Origin: Rhodoferax ferrireducens
GTDB taxonomy: Bacteria; Pseudomonadota; Gammaproteobacteria; Burkholderiales; Burkholderiaceae_C
DNA length: 24,000 nucleotides
NCBI RefSeq assembly: GCF_003347515.1
Contig: NZ_QEII01000240.1
Span: 74,065-98,064 of the forward strand
Reading direction: 5' to 3'
Part shown: positions 15,223 through 23,343 of the stretch, piece after piece
How the letters are laid out: each line of letters opens with the position of its first letter
Position numbering within the stretch: the first letter of the stretch is position 1
Translations under genes and position numbers: made by a program
The notes under the pieces: model-generated
What the model saw: only the letters and a program-made list of their open reading frames with translations
The model's database searches: none
What the model was told of the DNA's origin: nothing

Positions 15223-16463
15223 TACCCCCCGAACAGCGGAATCATCGGCCCGCTGATTTCAACCGGGTAGCGGTTACCCTGGGCGTCAAACAAAAACAGC
15301 ATGCCAGCCACCACCGCATCCGGGGAAGCGATCATCGTCGTCATGCGCTGCGTCTCCCACATCGCGTCGTCCGCATAGATCACGATCTTTTGCGTTGCAC
15401 CCGGCTTGATCGGACCACCCTCAACACGCAACGCGTCCTGCGCTACCAGATCATCCTGATCTTTGGGCGTGACCTTCAGAACCGCCGAGTTGATGAAACG
15501 AAGGCCGCCCGAGGCAAACTCACCGATGTTCAAGGGACCCTTCCCGCTGTTGCTCACTGTGAGCTCGATACGGAAGCTGCGCCCCGGGATGCGGTAGCGG
15601 GCATCGTCCATAGTGACCGACACCGGCGAAGGCGCCATCTTCAGAGTCGGGGTCTTGACCTTGCCGGTTTGAAGCGGTGTCGTGACGGGCCAGCGCTCAG
15701 AGGCATAAATGAAACCGCCCGCAACAAGCATCAGCGTGGCTACCATGATGACCAGTGCCGCCTGACGGTCACGCGTTGTGATCATCTCGTCGGCGTTCTC
15801 GCCCAGCGCGGTGGCACGCCGGTACCTCGGCAGAACCAAAGGCAACTTGGTCAACCAATAGCCAAACCAGACCAAAGCAAGCACCAACCATGCAGCAGAC
15901 CAGACAGCCGCATTAGCGAAGCCATGCGTTTCCAAATTCAGGGTTTGGTTAAACAATGTGGTGATGCTGTTTTCAAATGTCGCCTGGTCGCCAACAACCT
16001 CGACCCAAATACCCGGTCCAATCATCGGCCCGGCATCCTTCACATTGATGATCGGATGCAGGTGATAGCGCCCGGGTGTGCGGGCCTTCAACGTGACCTC
16101 GAAGTTGTACTGCTCACCGCGCTCATACGAACTACTGCGTATGGTGGGCACACCGTTGATGCGGCTGTCCAGGCGCACAAAAGACGGCCCGGGCACACCT
16201 ATATTGAGATAGGCAGTGTTCTCAATGGAGGCCACATGGGCCGGCCAGGAGTTCGAAGGAATAAAACTTCCCTTGACGACCAGCATTTGGTTGACAGCGA
16301 GCTTGCGCGTCGATAAATCGACGTCAAACCAATGTACGGTGCGCATGCGCAAAGCAGGCTGCTGGGCCTTTTCACCATGAGCCAACGCAGGCGCTGCTGA
16401 AAGCGTAACCAGAACGACGACCAGCCCTTGAATGACTGCGAACAATTTTGCAATGAAATTCAT
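15222..16463 (-). CDS. xmoB: Copper membrane monooxygenase subunit B (PmoB/AmoB family)
   Basis: ORF 15222..16520. I prefer the ATG at 16463 (MNFIAKLF..), which has AAGGAAGAGG upstream. The signal peptide ends ALA-HGEKAQQPALRMRTVHWFD; compare M. capsulatus PmoB HGEKSQAAFMRMRTIHWYD. Other matches are RYHLHPIINV (HxH of the CuB site), two central TM helices, and the C-terminal cupredoxin region ending FLFDAQGNRYPVEISGPMIP. Confidence 0.9.
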   Translation of the reverse strand: MNFIAKLFAVIQGLVVVLVTLSAAPALAHGEKAQQPALRMRTVHWFDVDLSTRKLAVNQMLVVKGSFIPSNSWPAHVASIENTAYLNIGVPGPSFVRLDSRINGVPTIRSSSYERGEQYNFEVTLKARTPGRYHLHPIINVKDAGPMIGPGIWVEVVGDQATFENSITTLFNQTLNLETHGFANAAVWSAAWLVLALVWFGYWLTKLPLVLPRYRRATALGENADEMITTRDRQAALVIMVATLMLVAGGFIYASERWPVTTPLQTGKVKTPTLKMAPSPVSVTMDDARYRIPGRSFRIELTVSNSGKGPLNIGEFASGGLRFINSAVLKVTPKDQDDLVAQDALRVEGGPIKPGATQKIVIYADDAMWETQRMTTMIASPDAVVAGMLFLFDAQGNRYPVEISGPMIPLFGG

Positions 16464-16473
16464 GACCTCTTCC

Positions 16474-17226
16474 TTAAACAACTTTGCGCAGCCACACAGC
16501 CTTGACACCGAGCGAGCCAATCCAGGCCCAAAACCAGAGACTCAATATGGTCAGGAAGCCCGCAAAAACCGCCGTCAACGGCGTCACTGCGTCGCCGAAG
16601 GTCCTCAATGTGCTCTGCTCGATGATGCGCACATATTCAGGCATGGCGGTGCGGATGTACTCAAAGCCCATCACGTCCGCCACTGTCATCAGCGTGCCAT
16701 GCATTTCGACCGGCACCATGAACGGGGCCAGCAATGGCCAGTTCATGGGGTACAGAAGCAGCCCCGAAAGAAAGCCCGCAAAAATCCCCGTGAAAAACCA
16801 GCTGCGCGTCAGCAGCAAAGTGCAATCAATCAAGAGGCCCACACCAAGGTAGGTCGACGGCAGCACCATATTCATCGGAAAACCCGCGAACTCGTGAAAG
16901 TTAAGGTAACGACTCAACCAGCCCGTCAGCGTCAGCCCGAGAATGCTCAGCGTGGCACCCAGAGGTAGGCGCAGCAGCTTCCAAAACGCGTAGCCGAATA
17001 CGCCGGGCAGAATAACCAGCACCAGTGGCGTGACCAGCGGCCAATAACGGCGATCTCGCCAATCAATCCAGTAATCCCAGTCCCCTACCAAGAGGGCAAA
17101 CTGGAAGGCAAATACCGCTCCCAGCAGGATCACAAAGAGAGGGATGACCACCCAGTCAACCTGGGCATCAACGCGGGCCGCTTCCTGCGGGCTAAAGGCA
17201 GCCTCAGCCGGTGTCAAAACAGACAT
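16474..17226 (-). CDS. xmoA: Copper membrane monooxygenase subunit A (PmoA/AmoA family)
   Basis: 250 aa. Matches to PmoA/AmoA as I remember them: GDWDYWIDWRDRRYWPLVTP, NFHEFAGFPMNMVLPS, MNWPLLAPFMVPVE and YIRTAMPEYVRIIEQSTLRTFG. The RBS is GGAGAC. Confidence 0.9.
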   Translation of the reverse strand: MSVLTPAEAAFSPQEAARVDAQVDWVVIPLFVILLGAVFAFQFALLVGDWDYWIDWRDRRYWPLVTPLVLVILPGVFGYAFWKLLRLPLGATLSILGLTLTGWLSRYLNFHEFAGFPMNMVLPSTYLGVGLLIDCTLLLTRSWFFTGIFAGFLSGLLLYPMNWPLLAPFMVPVEMHGTLMTVADVMGFEYIRTAMPEYVRIIEQSTLRTFGDAVTPLTAVFAGFLTILSLWFWAWIGSLGVKAVWLRKVV

Positions 17227-17291
17227 TCAAAGTCTCCAAAAAAAAGGACGGGTGTGCAATTTGCCTTTGCAAGCCGCCAACACACCACGCT

Positions 17292-17317
17292 AAAAGAAAG
17301 ACCCTCAAAGGAGGGCC
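17292..17317 (-). terminator. Intrinsic-terminator-like hairpin between xmoC and xmoA (GGCCCUC cuuu GAGGGUC followed by UUUCUUUU)
   Basis: Read on the minus strand: a 7-bp GC-rich stem (one G.U pair), a 4-nt loop, then a tail with 7 of 8 U. It lies about 50 nt after the xmoC stop. Confidence 0.35.
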
Positions 17318-17320
17318 CGC

Positions 17321-17346
17321 CCCATCGGGACTAAAGTCCCAATGGG
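17321..17346 (-). other. 11-bp RNA stem-loop directly after xmoC (CCCAUUGGGAC uuua GUCCCGAUGGG)
   Basis: Read on the minus strand: ten Watson-Crick pairs plus one G.U, with a UUUA loop. Confidence 0.4.
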
Positions 17347-17366
17347 CTTGCACGTCAAGAGCAGGA

Positions 17367-18146
17367 TCAGTGAGCCGTTTGAATGGCGGCTTGTGGCGAC
17401 ACCAGCTGCTTTGTCAAATCGGCTACTCTGCTCAATATCTGAACAAGCAAGCCACCAGCCACAAACGTAGACCAACCCAGCAGCACAAAGCCGTAGTGAA
17501 TCGGCGCGGAAAACAATTCCTCGGCATAGAAGAAAGTGTGACCCCACTCATTGAAACCGACGTTGGGCATGATCATGAATGCGCCCGCAATGATGATGGC
17601 GAACGGAAGCGAGATGCGATTGCCAAAGAAAGGGATTCGTGTATGAGCGTAGGCGAAAGTAATGAAACCCCAAAACACCAGCAAAGGCACACAGAAGTAA
17701 AATAAACCAATGTGAGTGGGTGTGAAATCCGTATCCCGGATTGTCACCTGATGCCAGGCTGCATCAGCCTCTGTGTAGATCGAACCTGTTACATAAAACA
17801 TGATGGCGAACAACAAAATCATGCCCATCAGCAAGAATAGACGCCGAACTTCTTCGCGCGGCCCAATCGTGGAAAAATCCCGCACACGGGTGTTCCACAA
17901 ATACACCAGCGTCCCGGTTCCCAACGCAAGAATCAGAATCAACTGCCCATACAGCAGGCGCATCCAGTAAACATCGAACTCATGGCTGAAATAATCGAGT
18001 CCATAGGTGAACGCCGACGCCTCAGAGTAAATTCGATAGCTGGTAAATAGCAGCGCAAGCCCAAGTAGCGCCAGAAAGAACTTACCCCACGGAACCCCGA
18101 TGGCCGCCCGCGCAGCACCAGTGATGTTGATAGAACTCGTTTTCAT
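17367..18146 (-). CDS. xmoC: Copper membrane monooxygenase subunit C (PmoC/AmoC family)
   Basis: 259 aa. Matches to PmoC/AmoC: TEADAAWHQVTIRDTDFTPTH and PNVGFNEWGHTFFYAEELFSAPIHYGF. The D-x3-H-x12-H pattern is D128/H132/H145 and the N-x3-H-x13-H pattern is N199/H203/H217. The RBS is GGAGAC. Confidence 0.9.
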   Translation of the reverse strand: MKTSSINITGAARAAIGVPWGKFFLALLGLALLFTSYRIYSEASAFTYGLDYFSHEFDVYWMRLLYGQLILILALGTGTLVYLWNTRVRDFSTIGPREEVRRLFLLMGMILLFAIMFYVTGSIYTEADAAWHQVTIRDTDFTPTHIGLFYFCVPLLVFWGFITFAYAHTRIPFFGNRISLPFAIIIAGAFMIMPNVGFNEWGHTFFYAEELFSAPIHYGFVLLGWSTFVAGGLLVQILSRVADLTKQLVSPQAAIQTAH

Positions 18147-18370
18147 CGTCTTGTCTCCTGTTATTTAAAGTAAACATCCGGCCATTGAGAGCCTGCCTGT
18201 CGAATGGCAAGACCGGACTTCGTGCCAATGTGCCGGGAATGGTAAAACGAAGCATGTCCAACGTCACCTAACTTTCGTTAGGGTGTTTTCCATGACGCAT
18301 CGCAATAAACTTGCGTCCACCTCGGATTGCTATCGCAAAAGGAGGGAAAACAATATTAAAAGATACAAAA

Positions 18371-19828
18371 ATGAAGTCTGCCTCCCCTGTAATACAAATG
18401 CACCTTGTAAGTCCGGACGAGCCCGTCAAGCAGTCTGAAGTAAAGCGCATCTTCGCCGCCCAACGCGAAACGGCCTTGCGGCTTCGTCAATCGACCGCCG
18501 CGCAACGCCTCGACAAGATTGACCGCCTGAAGCGGGCCGTCCTGGCCCGCCAGGCCGACATCCAGCGCGCCGGCGCACTGGACTTCGGCAAACCAGCCGC
18601 CGAGGTCGATCTGACAGAAATTTTGCCCATCGTGGCCGAGGCCAACGACGCGCGTCGCCATCTGCGCCGCTGGATGAAGCAGCAGAAGGTTGTCCCGACC
18701 CTGCTGATGTTCGGCACGTCGAGCTATGTGCAGTGCGAACCGAAGGGCCGTTGCCTGATCATCTCGCCCTGGAACTACCCGGTCAACCTGACCTTCGGCC
18801 CGCTGATCTCGGCTATCGCCGCCGGTAACACAGCGATTCTCAAACCCTCTGAGATGACACCGCACCTGTCGGAGGTGATGGCCGAGATCGTGCGCGAGGT
18901 GTTTACCGAAGACGAGGTAGCCCTGTTCCAGGGCGAAGCGGCGGTCTCGCAGGCCCTGCTGGATCTGCCGTTCGATCACATCTTCTTTACCGGCTCGCCG
19001 GCGATTGGCCGCGTGGTGATGGCCGCGGCGGCCAAGCACCTGACCAGCGTGACACTGGAACTGGGCGGCAAAAGCCCGACCATCGTCGACGCCACGGCGG
19101 ACCTGAAAGCAGCGGCGGCCAACCTCATGTGGTCCAAATGCACCAACAGCGGCCAGACCTGCATTGCGCCGGATCACGTCTACGTCCACGAATCGGTCAA
19201 GGAATCCTTTGTCCAGCACTGCCGGGAGGCTCTGGCCAAAGCCTACGGTGAAGGCGATGCCGTGCGCACCAGCCCTCACCTGGCGCACATCGTCAATGAA
19301 CGCCATGCCAAACGCATCGTCGGACTGCTTGATGACGCGCTTCAAAAAGGTGCCAGGCTGCTGGCCGGCGGCCAGCACCAGACGGATCGCCAGTTCGTGG
19401 CACCCACCTTGATCGACCAGCTCAGCCCGGACGCGAAGATCATGCAGGAAGAAATCTTCGGCCCCTTGCTGCCCGTGATCGCCTACCGCGATCTCGACGA
19501 AGTCATCACCAAGATCAACGACCAGCCCAAGCCGCTCGCACTGTACATCTGGACCAGGGATGGCAAAGTCGCCGACAAGGTGCTGCGGGAAACGAGTTCG
19601 GGTGGTGCCTGCGTCAACCACAGCGTCGTGCAGTTCCTGCATGGCCGCTTGCCATTCGGCGGCATCAACAATTCCGGGCTCGGCAGCGCACACGGGATCT
19701 ACGGGTTCAAGGCCTTCAGCCATGAGCGCGCGGTCGTCAAGACTTGGCTGCTGCTGGCGTCGACCTTCTACCCGCCCTACACCCCTCTGTCGCGACGGCT
19801 GATCAACTGGACGCTGCGTCTGGTCTGA
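18371..19828 (+). CDS. alkH: NAD(P)+-dependent aldehyde dehydrogenase, ALDH3/AlkH-like (medium-chain or fatty aldehyde type)
   Basis: ORF 18311..19828 (TTG). I prefer ATG 18371 (MKSASPV), but the start is uncertain because the only strong SD (GGAGGG, 18341-18346) is 24 nt upstream. Motifs are PWNYPVNLTFGPLISAIAAGN, ELGGKSP, the catalytic GQTCIAPDHVYV, EEIFGPLLPV and PFGGINNSGLGSAHG. It is co-linear with P. putida GPo1 AlkH as I remember it. Confidence 0.8.
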   Translation: MKSASPVIQMHLVSPDEPVKQSEVKRIFAAQRETALRLRQSTAAQRLDKIDRLKRAVLARQADIQRAGALDFGKPAAEVDLTEILPIVAEANDARRHLRRWMKQQKVVPTLLMFGTSSYVQCEPKGRCLIISPWNYPVNLTFGPLISAIAAGNTAILKPSEMTPHLSEVMAEIVREVFTEDEVALFQGEAAVSQALLDLPFDHIFFTGSPAIGRVVMAAAAKHLTSVTLELGGKSPTIVDATADLKAAAANLMWSKCTNSGQTCIAPDHVYVHESVKESFVQHCREALAKAYGEGDAVRTSPHLAHIVNERHAKRIVGLLDDALQKGARLLAGGQHQTDRQFVAPTLIDQLSPDAKIMQEEIFGPLLPVIAYRDLDEVITKINDQPKPLALYIWTRDGKVADKVLRETSSGGACVNHSVVQFLHGRLPFGGINNSGLGSAHGIYGFKAFSHERAVVKTWLLLASTFYPPYTPLSRRLINWTLRLV

Positions 19829-19840
19829 CGGTCTCGGTTG

Positions 19841-19873
19841 CACCGGTCTAGCCCGGTGAACTTCTTTTTTCTC
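19841..19873 (+). terminator. Weak terminator or attenuator candidate after the aldehyde dehydrogenase gene (CACCGG tctagc CCGGTG followed by AACTTCTTTTTTCTC)
   Basis: A 6-bp perfect stem with a 6-nt loop and a T-rich tract, 13 nt after the stop codon. Confidence 0.3.
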
Positions 19874-19894
19874 TGAATCGCATAGGGACAAATC

Positions 19895-21535
19895 TTGAAA
19901 TTCGATTACGTTATCGTGGGCGCCGGTTCGGCCGGCTGTGTCTTGGCCAACCGCTTGAGCGCCGATCCGTCGAGGCGCGTGTGCCTGCTCGAAGCGGGAC
20001 GGTCCGACGACACCCCGCTGATCCGCACCCCCATGGGCATGGTGGGCTTGCTCACGACCCGCAAGTACAACTGGTATTTCGACACCGAACCACAAGCCCA
20101 ACTCGACGGCCGCCGCCTGTACTGGCCACGCGGCAAGACACTCGGGGGCAGCAGCTCGATCAATGCCATGGTCTACATGCGCGGACACCAAGCCGACTAC
20201 GACGCATGGGCCGCAGCTGGAAACGCCGGATGGGCCTACAAGGACCTTCTGCCGATGTTCTTGGAGCATGAGAATAACGAGCGCGGCGCCTCGACCTACC
20301 ACAGGACAAATGGACTACTGAACGTCGCCGATGTGCGCTCGCCCAACCCCTTGTCGGGCCGCTTCATCGACGCCGCCGTGCAATGCGGTATTCCGCGCAA
20401 TATGGATTTCAACGGCGCGCAACAGGAAGGTGCCGGGCCTCACCAGGTGACCCAGAAGAACGGCGAGCGCTGGAGCAGCGCGCGGGCCTTCCTGCACCCG
20501 GTCATGGACCGGTCGAATCTGACCGTGCTCACCGGCGCCCATGTCACGCGCATCCTGTTCTCTGGCAAACAGGCCGTGGGGGTCGAGATCGAACACAAAG
20601 GCGAACGCCAGCGCATTGAGGCCGAGCATGAAATCATTCTGAGTGGCGGCGCCATCCATTCGCCGCAGTTGCTGCAGCTCTCGGGCGTGGGGCCGAAGCA
20701 GGCGCTGGCCCGGCACGGCATCACCCAAGTCGCTGATTTGCAGGGCGTAGGCCAAAACCTGCAGGACCATCTCGACGTGACGGTGATGATCCGCGACCGC
20801 AGCAAGCAGGCGATTGGTGTTGCACCTGGTTTTCTTCCGAGAGCGGTCGCCGGGCTCTGGCAATACTGGCGCAAGCGCGAGGGCTTTCTGTCCAGCAACG
20901 TGGCTGAGGCCGGGGGCTTTGCCAAGTTGTCGCCGCAATCGGCGCTGCCGGAAGTGCAGTTCCATTTCCTGCCGACCTACCTGCGTAACCATGGCCGCGA
21001 TCTGGCGCCCGGCTATGGCGCCACCTTGCACATGTGCCAGTTGCGACCGAAAAGCCGTGGCTTCATCGACCTGAAAAGCGCCGACCCGCTGGCCGCACCG
21101 GTGATTCAGCCCAACTACCTGAGCCATGCCGACGACTGGGACGAGATGCTGCGCGGCCTGAAACTTGCGCGGCGCCTCTTTGAGGCCGATGCCTTTCACG
21201 ACATCCATGGCGGTGAAGTGGCGCCGGGTGCCGGCGTGCGCAGCGACCAGGATTTGCGGGCCTACATCCGGCGCAGCGCGGAAACCATTTATCACCCGGT
21301 CGGTAGCTGCAAAATGGGGAACGATGACATGGCTGTGGTCGACGCGCAGTTGCGGGTGCACGGACTCTCAAACCTGCGTGTCGCCGATGCATCCATCATG
21401 CCGACCCTCATCGGCGGCAACACCAATGCCCCTTGCATGGTGATCGGCGAGAAGTGCGCTCGCGCCATCCTGCGCAGCCACAAGCCGCAGCCAGCCCATG
21501 CGCAAGCCAACCGCACCCAACTCTTGGCGGCCTGA
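19895..21535 (+). CDS. alkJ: FAD-dependent GMC-family oxidoreductase, AlkJ/choline-dehydrogenase-like alcohol dehydrogenase
   Basis: 546 aa with a TTG start and AGGGA 6 nt upstream. The N-terminus FDYVIVGAGSAGCVLANRLS is the ADP-binding fold. GGSSSINAMVYMRG is the GMC signature, and the C-terminus carries HPVGSCKMG and the LRVADASIMP active-site region. Confidence 0.85.
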   Translation: MKFDYVIVGAGSAGCVLANRLSADPSRRVCLLEAGRSDDTPLIRTPMGMVGLLTTRKYNWYFDTEPQAQLDGRRLYWPRGKTLGGSSSINAMVYMRGHQADYDAWAAAGNAGWAYKDLLPMFLEHENNERGASTYHRTNGLLNVADVRSPNPLSGRFIDAAVQCGIPRNMDFNGAQQEGAGPHQVTQKNGERWSSARAFLHPVMDRSNLTVLTGAHVTRILFSGKQAVGVEIEHKGERQRIEAEHEIILSGGAIHSPQLLQLSGVGPKQALARHGITQVADLQGVGQNLQDHLDVTVMIRDRSKQAIGVAPGFLPRAVAGLWQYWRKREGFLSSNVAEAGGFAKLSPQSALPEVQFHFLPTYLRNHGRDLAPGYGATLHMCQLRPKSRGFIDLKSADPLAAPVIQPNYLSHADDWDEMLRGLKLARRLFEADAFHDIHGGEVAPGAGVRSDQDLRAYIRRSAETIYHPVGSCKMGNDDMAVVDAQLRVHGLSNLRVADASIMPTLIGGNTNAPCMVIGEKCARAILRSHKPQPAHAQANRTQLLAA

Positions 21536-21628
21536 GTTCCCACCAAGAGGCATCACGCGCTGCATCTCAACACGATACCCGGCCAGTGGCCGAATTTAGC
21601 CTTAACCCAAAAAACCCAAGGAGACATC

Positions 21629-23269
21629 ATGAACGGTCAAATGATGAGCGCCCCTCTGCTCATTTCCTCACTCATCACCCATGCGGCGCGCCATCACGGC
21701 GATGTGCCCATCGTCTCGCGCCGTGTCGAAGGCGATATCCACCGCACCACCTATGCGCAATTGCATGACCGGTCGCGCCAGATGGCCCATGCGCTCGGCG
21801 GTCTCGGCGTGCAAGCGTCGCAGCGCGTCGCCACGCTGGCCTGGAACGGCTACCGGCATCTGGAGCTGTACTTCGCCGTGTCCGGCAGCGGTTCGGTGCT
21901 GCACACCCTCAACCCGCGCCTGCACCCGGACCAGTTGCGCTACATCCTCGACCATGCCGAGGACCAGGTGCTGTTCTTTGACCTGACCTTCCTGCCCCTG
22001 GTCGAGGCCGTGGCGGGGCGCTGCAAGACGGTGCGCCACTTCGTCGCGATGATCGACAAGGACAAGATGCCGGCGAGCAAGCTGCCCAATTTGCTGTGCT
22101 ACGAAGACCTTGTCTCGGCGCACGAACCCGACTTCGTGTGGCCTACCTTCGACGAAAACACCGCCTCGTCGTTGTGCTACACCTCGGGCACCACCGGCAA
22201 CCCCAAGGGCGTGCTCTACAGCCACCGCTCGACGATGCTGCACACCTATGCTTCGGTCATGCCGGACGCGATTGGCATCTCATCGCGCGACGGCGTGATG
22301 CCGGTGGTGCCCATGTTCCACGTTAATGCCTGGGGCCTGCCCTACAGCTGCACGATGGTCGGCGCCAAGCTGGTGCTGCCGGGTCCGGCGCTGGACGGCA
22401 AGTCGCTGCACGAACTGATTGCTGCCGAGCAGGTGACGTTTGCGGCCGGCGTACCCACCATCTGGCTCGGCCTGCTCCAGTATGTCTCGCAGAACTCGCT
22501 CAGCCTGGCCCCTTTGAAGCGCACCATTATCGGCGGCTCGGCCGTGCCGCCGAGCATGATGCGAGCCTTCGAAGACGAGTTCGGCGTCGAAGTCATCCAT
22601 GCCTGGGGCATGACGGAGATGTCCCCGCTGGGCACGGTGTGCCGACTGCGCCAAAAGCATCTGGCCGATCCGCTGGACTCGCAGCATGCGCGGCTCGCAA
22701 AGCAAGGCAAGGCGGTGTTCGGCATAGACATGCGCATCGTCGATCCGCAAGGGGACGATGTCCCCTGGGACGGCAAGTCGCAAGGCGATCTGATGGTGCG
22801 CGGACCGTGGGTGGTTCAGAGCTACTTCGGCTCTGATGGCGCTGACCCGCTGGTAAGCGATGAGACGGGCGCGCAGTGGTTCCCCACCGGCGATGTGGCC
22901 ACGATCGACGCCGATGGCTACATGCAGATCACCGATCGGAGCAAGGACGTCATCAAGTCTGGCGGCGAATGGATCGGCTCGATCGACCTGGAGAACGTTG
23001 CCATGGCACACCCGGCGGTGGCGATGGCAGCGGCCATCGCCGTGATTCACCCGAAATGGGATGAACGGCCCTTGCTGGTGGTGGTGCGCAAGCCAGGTAC
23101 GGAGGTCACCCGCGAAGCGCTGATCGAGCACTACAAGGGCAAGGTCGCCTCCTGGTGGGTGCCGGACGACGTGGTGTTCGTCGATGCCATCCCCATCGGC
23201 GCCACCGGCAAGATGCTGAAGAACCAGTTGCGCGAGCAGTTCAAAGACCACCGGCTGCCGGGGGTCTAA
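21629..23269 (+). CDS. alkK: Medium/long-chain acyl-CoA ligase, AlkK-like AMP-binding enzyme
   Basis: 546 aa with RBS AAGGAGA. The N-terminus is [24 protein letters not shown]. Motifs are [21 protein letters not shown] and [30 protein letters not shown]. It has the same length class and N-terminal pattern as AlkK as I remember it. Confidence 0.85.
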   Translation: MNGQMMSAPLLISSLITHAARHHGDVPIVSRRVEGDIHRTTYAQLHDRSRQMAHALGGLGVQASQRVATLAWNGYRHLELYFAVSGSGSVLHTLNPRLHPDQLRYILDHAEDQVLFFDLTFLPLVEAVAGRCKTVRHFVAMIDKDKMPASKLPNLLCYEDLVSAHEPDFVWPTFDENTASSLCYTSGTTGNPKGVLYSHRSTMLHTYASVMPDAIGISSRDGVMPVVPMFHVNAWGLPYSCTMVGAKLVLPGPALDGKSLHELIAAEQVTFAAGVPTIWLGLLQYVSQNSLSLAPLKRTIIGGSAVPPSMMRAFEDEFGVEVIHAWGMTEMSPLGTVCRLRQKHLADPLDSQHARLAKQGKAVFGIDMRIVDPQGDDVPWDGKSQGDLMVRGPWVVQSYFGSDGADPLVSDETGAQWFPTGDVATIDADGYMQITDRSKDVIKSGGEWIGSIDLENVAMAHPAVAMAAAIAVIHPKWDERPLLVVVRKPGTEVTREALIEHYKGKVASWWVPDDVVFVDAIPIGATGKMLKNQLREQFKDHRLPGV

Positions 23270-23272
23270 AGA

Positions 23273-23323
23273 TTTGCGGCGAACAAAGATGCCGCAAAAG
23301 TAGGCCCGGCAAGTCGCCGGGCC
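23273..23323 (+). terminator. Two tandem hairpins after the acyl-CoA ligase gene (TTTGCGGC-10 nt-GCCGCAAA; GGCCCGGC-5 nt-GCCGGGCC), with no T-tract
   Basis: Both 8-bp stems are perfect and were read directly. The missing U-tail makes terminator function uncertain. Confidence 0.3.
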
Positions 23324-23343
23324 CATAACAACGTAAAGGAGAC

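Noticed and set aside
15159-16316. A 385-aa plus-strand ORF opposite xmoB
   Set aside because: It is antisense to a gene with unmistakable PmoB/AmoB similarity and has no motifs of its own.
18206-18227. A sigma54-like element upstream of xmoC (minus strand TTGGCACGAAGTCCGGTCTTGCC)
   Set aside because: The GG-to-GC offset is about 18 nt instead of the canonical ~12, so it does not fit a -24/-12 promoter.
18356-20302. A 648-aa ORF on the minus strand spanning the aldehyde dehydrogenase gene, the intergenic gap and the start of the GMC gene
   Set aside because: It is antisense to two strongly supported genes and is Arg/Gly/Ala/Val-rich with no recognisable motifs. It is a typical stop-poor shadow frame of high-GC DNA.
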